A stretch of DNA of 64,000 nt, taken from positions 288,480 to 352,479 of the forward strand of contig JAKLEP010000002.1 in the NCBI GenBank assembly GCA_022703055.1. The letters are read 5' to 3'. A model generated the notes under the pieces. That model was not told the origin of the DNA, did no database searches, and saw only the letters and a program-made list of their open reading frames with translations. The position numbers were made by a program, and so were the translations under genes. How positions within the stretch are numbered: position 1 is the stretch's first letter; the number at the start of each line of letters is the position of its first letter. Positions 48,150 to 56,590 of this stretch are shown here, one piece after another. The DNA is from Candidatus Omnitrophota bacterium (GTDB lineage Bacteria > Omnitrophota > Gorgyraeia > VGKH01).

Positions 48150-48588
48150 TTGATCCTTTACTCCAATCTGCATCTTCGGAAGAATCAAGAGAAACCTCTT
48201 CTCCCTTGTCTTCTCTTACATTTTCTTCAAGCTGCGGTGCATTCTGGCTATCGCTTGGACGCGAACCAAGAAACTGCACTCTCTCTGCCCTTACTTCAAT
48301 AGTATTCTTTTTCTGTCCGTCGCTACCCTCCCAGGAACGAGACTGAAGCCTGCCCTCGATAAAAACTGGGCGGCCCTTTTGCAGGTATTGATTGCATACC
48401 TCTGCCTGTTTATTCCAGACTGTTACGGTGATAAAACAGGTCTCTTCCTTGGCTTCTCCCATTTTATCCTTATAGCGTCGATTGACGGCCAATCTTAAAT
48501 TGACTACCGCCGTACCGTTGGGAGTATATCTTAACTCGGGATCCCTGGTTAAGTTTCCGATAAGTAAAACTCTATTTAAACTTGCCAT
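48142..48588 (-). CDS. ssb: Single-stranded DNA-binding protein
   Basis: 148 aa. OB fold ([25 protein letters not shown]...). Acidic disordered tail, but no terminal D-D-D-[IL]-P-F. Confidence 0.85.
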   Translation of the reverse strand: MASLNRVLLIGNLTRDPELRYTPNGTAVVNLRLAVNRRYKDKMGEAKEETCFITVTVWNKQAEVCNQYLQKGRPVFIEGRLQSRSWEGSDGQKKNTIEVRAERVQFLGSRPSDSQNAPQLEENVREDKGEEVSLDSSEDADWSKGSNE

Positions 48589-48600
48589 TTTGCCTCCTGC

Positions 48601-48885
48601 CTATTTCTTCAAAATTAAAAATCGTAGGATGTTATCATTAATCTTCCAAATCTGCTTCAGTTTGGATATCGCATCTGGCGCAGAAGAAAATTGCATCAGA
48701 TAAAACATCCCTTCGTCGCATTTATTGATCTTGAAACCCAGCATTCTTTTTTCCGCCCAGACCTTTGCTACCTCTATCTTACCCTGCTGTTTTGCGATAT
48801 CGGCTTCAAGCTGTTTTAGTAACTTATCCCTATCTTCGCTTTTTAAATCCGATTTTACGATGAACATTGTTTCGTAGTTATTCAT
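48601..48885 (-). CDS. rpsF: Ribosomal protein bS6
   Basis: 94 aa. NNYETMFIVKSDL start. Position upstream of ssb-rpsR. Confidence 0.85.
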   Translation of the reverse strand: MNNYETMFIVKSDLKSEDRDKLLKQLEADIAKQQGKIEVAKVWAEKRMLGFKINKCDEGMFYLMQFSSAPDAISKLKQIWKINDNILRFLILKK

Positions 48886-48897
48886 ATGCTCCTTACC

Positions 48898-49458
48898 TTA
48901 GTTATATTCATTCATTGCTTTTTCAATCCCCGATCCAAGCCAAGCCTCGCAACAGGCAACAGCCCGATCAACCAATTCCGCTAAATTTGACTCTTCTTCA
49001 TTGCTGAATTCCGACAAAACGTAATCAACAACGTCTTCTTTGTTCTTCGGACGCCCGACTCCGAATTTGAGCCTTGGAATTCCTTCAGTGGCTAAGGAAT
49101 CCATGATTGACCCCAAACCCTGGTGCCCCGCGTCTGAGCCAGATGGTCTAATTTTTATTTTACCGAAAACGGAATCAATATCATCGCAAACAACCAAGAT
49201 ATTATCCAAGATAATATTGTTTCTTTTGACGATTTTACCTATCGCCCTACCGGAAAGGTTCATAAAGGTAAGCGGCAGGATCATCATTACTTCTTCGGAG
49301 CCAATCTGTGTCTTTGCGATCAGACTTTTTGTCAAATAGCTTCTTTTAAAATCTGCTTTATATTTTTCGGCCAACCTTTTTACTACCCGGTAGCCGATAT
49401 TATGCCTAGTCTTTGTATACCTGTTTCCCGGATTACCTAAACCAACAATGAGCTTCAC
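48898..49458 (-). CDS. pth: Peptidyl-tRNA hydrolase
   Basis: 186 aa. LIVGLGNPG..Y..TRHNIG, catalytic His, GHQGL motif. Confidence 0.9.
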   Translation of the reverse strand: MKLIVGLGNPGNRYTKTRHNIGYRVVKRLAEKYKADFKRSYLTKSLIAKTQIGSEEVMMILPLTFMNLSGRAIGKIVKRNNIILDNILVVCDDIDSVFGKIKIRPSGSDAGHQGLGSIMDSLATEGIPRLKFGVGRPKNKEDVVDYVLSEFSNEEESNLAELVDRAVACCEAWLGSGIEKAMNEYN

Positions 49459-49465
49459 GTTAAGA

Positions 49466-50188
49466 CTACTTCTCTTCTTTCTTCGCCTCTTTTTCTTCTT
49501 TCTTCTCAGGCTTTTCTTCCTTGGCCGCTCCCTCTTCAGGAACTTCCTTCTTTTCTTTGATGACTTCAGGCTCTGTAGGTGCAGCTCCTTCTTCAGCTGG
49601 GGCTACGACTTCTTCCTTGACCGGTGCAGCAATGGAAACAACAACCTGGTCGGGATCTTGAAGGACTTTTATGCCTGGAGGCAAAGTTAAATCTTTTACC
49701 AAAATCGCATCGCCGATTTTAAGCTGGCTTACTTCAACCTCTATTTTGGGGGGAATCTGAGTCGGCAAACACTCAATTTCCAATTCCCAGATAACATGCT
49801 CAAGGGACCCTCCGTCAACTTTGACTCCAACAGGTTCTCCCTTTGCCGCTATTGGGATCTTGACTTTAATTACCTTGGTTAAAGATATCTGGTTAAAATC
49901 GATATGGACGATATCATCTCTTACCGGATCGCGCTGGATTTCCTTGACGATTACCGTGGAATCTTTTGATTTCTTTTCATCGCCGGCAATCTTAAGGCTG
50001 ATAATCGCGTTCTCAATATGATGCTCATGGATCAATCTTAGCATGCTTTTTCTCTCAACCTTAATGGAAAGACTTTTCTTTCCCTCTCCGTAAACAACAG
50101 CCGGGATAAAACCGGACTTGCGTAACGGTTTTACTTTTGATTTTCCTGTCTCTTGTCTTAAACTAGCTTCTAAAACTATCTCTTCCAT
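49466..50188 (-). CDS. rplY: Ribosomal protein bL25 / general stress protein Ctc (long form, K/E/P-rich tail)
   Basis: 240 aa. LRKSGFIPAVVYG N-terminal motif, two beta-barrel domains, C-terminal low-complexity tail (EEKPEKKEEKEAKKEEK). Confidence 0.85.
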   Translation of the reverse strand: MEEIVLEASLRQETGKSKVKPLRKSGFIPAVVYGEGKKSLSIKVERKSMLRLIHEHHIENAIISLKIAGDEKKSKDSTVIVKEIQRDPVRDDIVHIDFNQISLTKVIKVKIPIAAKGEPVGVKVDGGSLEHVIWELEIECLPTQIPPKIEVEVSQLKIGDAILVKDLTLPPGIKVLQDPDQVVVSIAAPVKEEVVAPAEEGAAPTEPEVIKEKKEVPEEGAAKEEKPEKKEEKEAKKEEK

Positions 50189-50204
50189 TTTAAACCCTTA
50201 CCCT

Positions 50205-51146
50205 TTAGTCGAATAATGAACTTACCGATTCTTCGCGGTGAATCCTGATTATGGCTTCAGCCAAAAGATCGGCTATGGTTAGAACTTTTATCCTCGGATG
50301 TCTGTTTTTCGCGCTTAAAGGAATACTGTCGGTGATAATTAGCTCCTTTAATGCCTTGCACTTATCCAGATTTTTCATTGCATCCCCTACAAGCACTCCG
50401 TGCGAAATGGCTGCATAGACTTCTTTAGAGCCTTGTTTTTTCAAGGCATCAACCGCCTGCACCAAAGAACTGCCTGTTGAAATTAAATCATCTACTATTA
50501 TTGCATTCTTACCCTTTACTTCTCCTAAGATATGGACCGCCTCTGTTTTTGACGGACCTATTCGTCTTTTATCAACGATAGCCAATTCGGCATCCAATCG
50601 TTTGGCATATGCCCTGGCCATTTTTATCCCGCCGACGTCAGGAGAGACTACGACTAAATCTCTCTTGCCTTTCATTTTCTTGAAATAATCCACAAAGACA
50701 TTAACCGCAAAAAGGTGATCAAGCGGGATATCGAAAAACCCCTGAATCTGCCCAGCATGCAAATCCATTGTCAAAACTCTGCTTGAGCCTGCGACAGTCA
50801 ACAAATCAGCTACTAATTTTGCAGTAATCGGAACTCTGGGCTGGTCCTTGCGGTCCTGCCTGGCATATCCGTAATAAGGGACTACCGCGGTGATGCGCTG
50901 AGCCGAAGCCCTCTTTGAAGCATCAATCATAATCAATAACTCCATTAAATTATCGTTGGGAGGAGGACATGTCGGCTGTACTATAAAGACATCTTTGCCT
51001 CTTATATTCTCATTGATCTTGACCCTGATTTCGCCTTCGGGGAATTTATCAACCGAGATGTCGCCTAATTTGATCTTTAATTTCTTGCAAATATTATCAG
51101 CTAACTTTGGATTTGCATTCCCGGAAAAAATAACTAGTTTATTCAT
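50205..51146 (-). CDS. prs: Ribose-phosphate pyrophosphokinase
   Basis: 313 aa. YARQDRK flexible-loop motif, PRPP loop AIIVDDLISTGSS. Confidence 0.9.
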   Translation of the reverse strand: MNKLVIFSGNANPKLADNICKKLKIKLGDISVDKFPEGEIRVKINENIRGKDVFIVQPTCPPPNDNLMELLIMIDASKRASAQRITAVVPYYGYARQDRKDQPRVPITAKLVADLLTVAGSSRVLTMDLHAGQIQGFFDIPLDHLFAVNVFVDYFKKMKGKRDLVVVSPDVGGIKMARAYAKRLDAELAIVDKRRIGPSKTEAVHILGEVKGKNAIIVDDLISTGSSLVQAVDALKKQGSKEVYAAISHGVLVGDAMKNLDKCKALKELIITDSIPLSAKNRHPRIKVLTIADLLAEAIIRIHREESVSSLFD

Positions 51147-52402
51147 TTCCTTCTCCTGGATAAAATTTTTGCTGGCACACCAGCGACTACCGTTTTATCT
51201 GCAACATTTTTATTTTTTGTAACTACCGAACCCGCTGCTGTAACCGCAGCCTTGCCGATTTTTATCGGAGCAATCAAAATCGTATCTGAGCCAATAAAGG
51301 CTTTATCTTTGATATAAGTAGGGTATTTCTCTTTCCCATCGTAGTTAGCAGTAATTGTTCCTGCCCCTATGTTAACACTATCTCCAACAGTAGCATCGCC
51401 AAGATAGCTGAAATGCTTCATGCGTGTATTTTTTCCTATCTTGGAACGGTTTACTTCTGTAAAATTACCGACCTGAACATCATCCAGCAATACACTTTTA
51501 GGCCTGATGTGGCAAAATGGCCCAATGCGACAATTATTGCCGATTTTTACATCGGCTTCAATCACACAAAAAGGATAAATAACAGTATCTTTGCCGATAC
51601 TGGCATTGCTATCAATATATGTAGTCGAAGGGTCAATAATTGACACGCCCTTGGCAATAAAGTCCTTAAGTATCCTAAAACGCATAATCTGATTTGCCTT
51701 GGCTAAATCATCCTGAGAATTAATGCCCATGGCCTGAGCAGTATCATCAACAACTAGCGCCTCAACTTTTGCCTTTTCCTGGACTAAGATTCCTATAATA
51801 TCTGTAAGATAGTATTCTCTTTTCTTTTCGTTTAGCTTAATCTTGGATAAAGCCGAGAATAAACTCTTAGCCTTAAAACAATAGGCGCCCAAATTAATCT
51901 CTTTGATATCATGGTCATGGCCAATCAGGTCTGTTTCTTCAACTATCTCTTGCACGCGGCTGTAATTATCTCGACGGATACGACCATAACCTTTTGGCTG
52001 ATCAACAACGGCGGTCACAAAGCTGCAATCCGCCTGATTCTTTACATGGCGCTTAACCAAATTATCAATGGTTTCTTTGGTAAAAAGCGGATGATCGGCG
52101 TACAAAACTAAAATGTCTGAGTCAAGCTTGCCGACTTTTGAACGAGCAGCCATAACCGCATCAGCAGTGCCCATCAGGCGACTTTGTTTTGCCATTTTTA
52201 TACCTTTTGCAAGCTGTTTCTTAACTAACTGATCTTTATGTCCAACCACCACAATGATATCTTTAATTTTCAAAGATCTGGCCAAATCCACAGCATATGA
52301 AATCATAGGCCTGCCCTGGATCAGATGAAGTACTTTGGGCAGATCTGACTTCATGCGCGTGCCTTTACCTGCAGCCAAAATTATTGCCTTGATATTATTC
52401 AT
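51143..52402 (-). CDS. glmU: Bifunctional GlcNAc-1-P uridyltransferase / GlcN-1-P acetyltransferase GlmU
   Basis: Start moved to ATG 52402 (MNNIKAIILAAGKGTRM, canonical). The ORF-track extension to 52453 overlaps tRNA-Gln. C-terminal hexapeptide beta-helix. Confidence 0.9.
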   Translation of the reverse strand: MNNIKAIILAAGKGTRMKSDLPKVLHLIQGRPMISYAVDLARSLKIKDIIVVVGHKDQLVKKQLAKGIKMAKQSRLMGTADAVMAARSKVGKLDSDILVLYADHPLFTKETIDNLVKRHVKNQADCSFVTAVVDQPKGYGRIRRDNYSRVQEIVEETDLIGHDHDIKEINLGAYCFKAKSLFSALSKIKLNEKKREYYLTDIIGILVQEKAKVEALVVDDTAQAMGINSQDDLAKANQIMRFRILKDFIAKGVSIIDPSTTYIDSNASIGKDTVIYPFCVIEADVKIGNNCRIGPFCHIRPKSVLLDDVQVGNFTEVNRSKIGKNTRMKHFSYLGDATVGDSVNIGAGTITANYDGKEKYPTYIKDKAFIGSDTILIAPIKIGKAAVTAAGSVVTKNKNVADKTVVAGVPAKILSRRRK

Positions 52403-52422
52403 AAAACTATAATGAGAGCAGT

Positions 52423-52493
52423 TGCCCGGTGAGGACTCGAACCTCAAAACCAAGACCCAAATTCTCGTGTGTTACCAATTACACTACCGGGCA
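52423..52493 (-). tRNA. tRNA-Gln (anticodon UUG)
   Basis: Minus-strand sequence TGCCCGGTAGTGTAATTGGTAACACACGAGAATTTGGGTCTTGGTTTTGAGGTTCGAGTCCTCACCGGGCA. U1-A72 pair typical of bacterial tRNA-Gln. Anticodon loop AUUUGGG. T-arm GAGGTTCGAGTCCTC. No encoded CCA. Confidence 0.85.
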
Positions 52494-52505
52494 AAAAGTT
52501 ACAAT

Positions 52506-52928
52506 CTATAATTCTGAATCACCAAAGCTCTTATAATCTGAGCCGGTAGTTTGTTTGTTCGCTGCTTCCTTTTCGTACGCCTCTAAAACCTTCTTCTGCA
52601 GATATTCCCTGAAAGATTGGGTTATAGGATGGGCGATATCCCTATGTTCTGTTTCGGCAGAGGGCGTTTCTCCAATTGGTCTTACTGGTGCAGATACGGC
52701 GCTGCCACACTGATTGCAGAATTTGCTGCGATATTCATTACGGAATCCACACTTCGGACATGGATGCTTTAACTTTCTTGAAGGCATAGCGATGAACAAA
52801 CCTGTGGAGCCCTGGATTACCTTGACGTTTCTGACGACGAATGCGTTATCAAAAGTAACAGTTGCGTAAGCCCTCAATTTTTTGTCGATTGAATCCCTAA
52901 GGAAGATTCTGACTTCAGTAATCTCCAT
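52506..52928 (-). CDS. spoVG: SpoVG family protein with internal zinc-ribbon insertion and extended C-terminus
   Basis: Start moved to ATG 52928 (MEITEVRIFL..., the canonical SpoVG start, GGAGG RBS upstream). GLFIAMPSRK and RDIAHPI flank an inserted CPKCG...FCNQCG segment. Confidence 0.8.
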   Translation of the reverse strand: MEITEVRIFLRDSIDKKLRAYATVTFDNAFVVRNVKVIQGSTGLFIAMPSRKLKHPCPKCGFRNEYRSKFCNQCGSAVSAPVRPIGETPSAETEHRDIAHPITQSFREYLQKKVLEAYEKEAANKQTTGSDYKSFGDSEL

Positions 52929-52944
52929 AAAAGTTGCCTCCTTT

Positions 52945-53796
52945 TTAGTGAGTTCGAACCACAAAGACCTGCAAGTCTTGCGACTTTATACTCCTGGCTG
53001 TCTTCTCTGCCTCCTTTCTTGACTTAAGTATACCAAATATAGCCGGACCGCTGCCGGAAAGACAAAAAACCCCCACGCCCAGCTCTTGCAATTTCTTTTT
53101 GATATAAAGCAACTTAGGCAATTTCCTGAAAGCAGAAGCTTCCAGGTCGTTTGCTATATAATCCTTAAGCCTAGAAAGGTCGAAATTATTCAAAGCGCGA
53201 ACTAACATATTAACATTATCTTCATTTTTTGTCAATCTTAAATTTAGGCTGGAATATATCTCTTTTGTGCTCAATTTGTTATGAGGAACTACTAAAATAT
53301 GCCAAAGAACTCTCGAAATTGGCAGGTTTTTTATCTTATCCCCTCTGCCCGTACCTATCGCAAAACTGCTTTCTGAGACAAAAAACGGCACATCGCTGCC
53401 TATTTTTGCGGCATAAGACTTAAGTTTTACCCTGCTCAACCTCAGTTTCCAGAACTTATTAAGCCCCAAAAGCACACTGGCGGCGTTGCTTGAGCCACCG
53501 CCTAAACCAGCAGCAACCGGGATCCGCTTTTTCAGGCTTATATCTAAACCTGAGCTCTTGTTCTTGAAATCTTTCCTAAGCAAGTCAGCGGCCTTATACA
53601 TAAGGTTTGCGCTATCCGTCGGTACCTCAGGATGATTACAAAGAATCCTAACTCTGCTATCTTTTCTTTTTTTTAAAAGAACTTCATCGAATAGGCCAAT
53701 GCGCTCAAAGAGTGTTTTTATCTGGTGGTAGCCGTCTTTTCTTTTCTTTAAGACTTTTAAATAAAGATTGATTTTAGCCGGAGATTTTAATCTCAT
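52945..53796 (-). CDS. ispE: 4-diphosphocytidyl-2-C-methyl-D-erythritol kinase
   Basis: 283 aa. PAKINLYLKV start, GHMP-kinase loop IPVAAGLGGGSSNAA. Confidence 0.9.
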   Translation of the reverse strand: MRLKSPAKINLYLKVLKKRKDGYHQIKTLFERIGLFDEVLLKKRKDSRVRILCNHPEVPTDSANLMYKAADLLRKDFKNKSSGLDISLKKRIPVAAGLGGGSSNAASVLLGLNKFWKLRLSRVKLKSYAAKIGSDVPFFVSESSFAIGTGRGDKIKNLPISRVLWHILVVPHNKLSTKEIYSSLNLRLTKNEDNVNMLVRALNNFDLSRLKDYIANDLEASAFRKLPKLLYIKKKLQELGVGVFCLSGSGPAIFGILKSRKEAEKTARSIKSQDLQVFVVRTH

Positions 53797-53805
53797 GCTG
53801 CTTAT

Positions 53806-54738
53806 TTACTTCTGCAATACTCTTCTTGCTGTCTCTACTATATCTTGCGTAGTTAATTTATATTCCTTAATCAATTCCTCGGGACGGCCAGATTGTCCAT
53901 ATCTATTCTTGATCCCCACTCTTAATAATTTGGTAGGACTGTTTTCCAAAATAATATCATCAGCTGCGGAGGCAAGACCCCCAGCCACAGAATGCTCTTC
54001 ACAGACAACCATTCCTTTTGTTTCCTTTGCTGCTTTTATAATTATTTCCGCATCCAAAGGTTTAATTGTATGGATATTAATTACCCGCGCTGAAATATTC
54101 TCATTCTTAAGAATCTTCGCGGCATCAACAGCATATTTTACCATTATCCCACAAGCGATAATTGTAACGTCTTTGCCATCCTCCAAAACATATCCTTCGC
54201 CTAATTTAAATTTTTTCTTATTCTCTATAGTCTCAAATTTTGTCCTGCCCAAGCGAATATAAAACGGACCTGGTGTCTTTGCGGCGGTGAATATCGTATC
54301 CCTTGTCTCAGGGGCATCGCAAGGAACAACTATCTTTATATTCGGGATGGACCGCATTATTGCGATATCCTCTATCGCCTGATGGCTGGCACCATCTTCT
54401 CCGACGGTGATTCCGGCATGAGAGGCAACTATTTTTACGTTAAAATTATTGTAACAAACTGAGTTTCTTATCTGATCCCAGGCACGGCCTGTAGCGAACA
54501 TGGCAAAGGTTGAAACAAAAACTGTCTTGCCGCAACTAGCTAAACCAGCTGATGTGGCTAGCATATTTTGCTCGGCAACGCCGAAATTAAAAAACCTGCC
54601 GGGAAACGCTTTGGCAAAAAGCTTTGTACGGGTTGAGCTGGATAAATCGGCATCCAAAACAACTATATTAGGGTCCTGCTTGCCTAATTCTACCAAAGCC
54701 TCGCCGTAAGCATCGCGTGTATAGAACATCTCGCTCAT
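53806..54738 (-). CDS. Transketolase, C-terminal (pyrimidine-binding) subunit
   Basis: 310 aa. RDAYGEALVELG..., FNFGVAEQNM. Typical of split transketolases. Confidence 0.85.
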   Translation of the reverse strand: MSEMFYTRDAYGEALVELGKQDPNIVVLDADLSSSTRTKLFAKAFPGRFFNFGVAEQNMLATSAGLASCGKTVFVSTFAMFATGRAWDQIRNSVCYNNFNVKIVASHAGITVGEDGASHQAIEDIAIMRSIPNIKIVVPCDAPETRDTIFTAAKTPGPFYIRLGRTKFETIENKKKFKLGEGYVLEDGKDVTIIACGIMVKYAVDAAKILKNENISARVINIHTIKPLDAEIIIKAAKETKGMVVCEEHSVAGGLASAADDIILENSPTKLLRVGIKNRYGQSGRPEELIKEYKLTTQDIVETARRVLQK

Positions 54739-54742
54739 TTTA

Positions 54743-55585
54743 TCACTCTCTATCCTTTAATTCTTCTAGCGCTTTTTGCTCCTCTTCTTTGGTAGGAGCC
54801 CGACCGTGAAAATCAACGACATTTTCCATGAAAGAGACGCCCTTGCCTTTAATAGTGTGGGCAATAATTATCGAAGGCTTCTCTTTTATAGTCTTTGCCT
54901 CATCGAATGCGGATAATATATGGGCTATGTTATGCCCATCGATTTCTATAGGATACCAACCAAAAGAACGCCATCTATCCTGAATCGGCTCTAAATTCAT
55001 AATATCGTCAACTTTACCGTCAATCTGGTAACGATTATAATCCAATATTGCACAAAGATTATCGCATTTAAAATGGCTTGCCGCCATTGCTGCTTCCCAG
55101 ACATTGCCTTCCTGAATCTCTCCGTCGCCCATAAGGCAATAAACCCGGTAATCCTTTTTATCCATTTTCCCTGCTAATGCCATGCCAAGCGCCACAGAAA
55201 GCCCCTGGCCTAATGAACCGCTCGCCACAGAAACTCCCGGTGTTCGCCTGTCGGGATGCCCCTGCAAAACACTGCCTAATTCCCTAAGGGTCCAGAGCTT
55301 ATCGATGGGAAAATAACCGCTTTTTGCTAAAACCGCGTACCAGACCGGGCAACAATGGCCTTTCGATAAATGAAATCTGTCCCTATCCGGTGAGTTTGGA
55401 TTTTTTGGGTCGTGCCTAAGCGCAGAAAAATAAAGACAAGTCATTAAATCGGTCGAAGAAAGACTTCCGCCTGGATGCCCCGAGCCTGCCTTAGCAAGCA
55501 TCTTGATAATCAATCTTCTAATTTCGCGTGCTTTATCTTCTAAATCCTTAATTTGCTTTTCAGGATAGTCTTTACATTTAATCAT
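54743..55585 (-). CDS. Transketolase, N-terminal (TPP-binding) subunit
   Basis: 280 aa. GSGHPGGSLS, GHP, GDGEIQEGNVWEA (TPP-binding GDG...N). Confidence 0.85.
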   Translation of the reverse strand: MIKCKDYPEKQIKDLEDKAREIRRLIIKMLAKAGSGHPGGSLSSTDLMTCLYFSALRHDPKNPNSPDRDRFHLSKGHCCPVWYAVLAKSGYFPIDKLWTLRELGSVLQGHPDRRTPGVSVASGSLGQGLSVALGMALAGKMDKKDYRVYCLMGDGEIQEGNVWEAAMAASHFKCDNLCAILDYNRYQIDGKVDDIMNLEPIQDRWRSFGWYPIEIDGHNIAHILSAFDEAKTIKEKPSIIIAHTIKGKGVSFMENVVDFHGRAPTKEEEQKALEELKDRE

Positions 55586-55596
55586 GGAAACTTTTT

Positions 55597-56571
55597 CTAC
55601 CTTTCTATTTTTTCTAACTTTGCTTTAACCGAAGGCTCATTTTTTAACTCTAAGGATCTCTGCCATTGCGCTTTGGCTCTTCCAGCGTCTCCTATTTTCA
55701 GATAAACATCTCCAAGATGGTCGTATATTACTGGGTCTTCCAAGAGCTTTACCGCTTTTTCCAACTCTGTCAACGCCTCTTTGGTTTTTCCTTGCTTGAA
55801 ATATGCCCAGCCGAGGCTATCAATGTATGCTCCGTTTTCCGGATCGATCTCCAAGGCTTTCTTTATCAAGGCTATAGCCTGATTTAAATCATACCCCTGC
55901 TCGACGTAAATATAGCCTAGCGAATTAAGGCTATTACCGTGTTTAGGGTCGAGTTCTAAAGCCTTTTTAAAAGTCTCAATAGCCTCTTTATGCTGTTTAT
56001 TTTCTTCGTAGGTAGAACCTAAGAAGAATAAGGCTTCGACATCTTTAGGGTCGAGCTTTAATATTGCCTGGAATTGTTTTAGTGCTTGATCAAATTTCTC
56101 TTGCTGAAAATATAACTGACCCAAATATTGTCTAACCTGTATGTTTTCAGGATCGCGCTCGGAAACCTTCCTTAAAACTAACTCATACTCCTGGATAGCT
56201 TCGTCGGATTTTCTTTCCGTCGTATAAAGCAGTGCGAGAAGAAAATGGCCTTCTAGGTTATCAGGGTTTAATTGTGTGGCGAGTTTAAATTCCTCGATTG
56301 CTTCCGGGATTTTATTAAGTTTGGTGTAGGCGGTTCCGATCCTTAAATGGATTTCGGAATTATCCGACTCAAGCTTTGCGGCTTTTAAATATTCCTTAAG
56401 AGCCTCTTCGGTCTGGCCTTCAAAATCCAAAACCAAGCCCATCATATAATGAGAATAGACCACCGAGGCTTTTTTGGCATCTTGAGCGCCTAAAACTTGC
56501 CGAGAGAAATTAATCCCACAGAAAACAACAGCAAAAATAAGAAAAAACCACCACGTTGCTAAGCGTTTCAA
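55597..56571 (-). CDS. Secreted/membrane-anchored tetratricopeptide repeat protein
   Basis: 324 aa. Hydrophobic N-terminus, then about 8 TPR units (repeated A..Y.kAl.ldP patterns). Confidence 0.75.
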   Translation of the reverse strand: MKRLATWWFFLIFAVVFCGINFSRQVLGAQDAKKASVVYSHYMMGLVLDFEGQTEEALKEYLKAAKLESDNSEIHLRIGTAYTKLNKIPEAIEEFKLATQLNPDNLEGHFLLALLYTTERKSDEAIQEYELVLRKVSERDPENIQVRQYLGQLYFQQEKFDQALKQFQAILKLDPKDVEALFFLGSTYEENKQHKEAIETFKKALELDPKHGNSLNSLGYIYVEQGYDLNQAIALIKKALEIDPENGAYIDSLGWAYFKQGKTKEALTELEKAVKLLEDPVIYDHLGDVYLKIGDAGRAKAQWQRSLELKNEPSVKAKLEKIER

Positions 56572-56590
56572 GAAAAAACACCTCTTACTT

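Noticed and set aside
49466-49640. Purine/pyrimidine-skewed low-complexity DNA (ctt/ctc repeats) that looks repeat-like
   Set aside because: It encodes the K/E/P-rich C-terminal tail of bL25/Ctc in frame. It is not a tandem repeat element or CRISPR. The plus-strand 80-aa ORF (49448-49690) is its shadow.
53768-54262. 164-aa plus-strand ORF antisense to the transketolase C-subunit / ispE junction
   Set aside because: A shadow ORF. The sequence is S/I/F/L-rich without motifs, and it spans a gene boundary on the opposite strand.
53806-55585. Transketolase split into two ORFs as a possible pseudogene or frameshift
   Set aside because: The N- and C-terminal subunits are each complete, separated by 4 nt with proper start and stop. 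Split transketolases are common in anaerobes and archaea.
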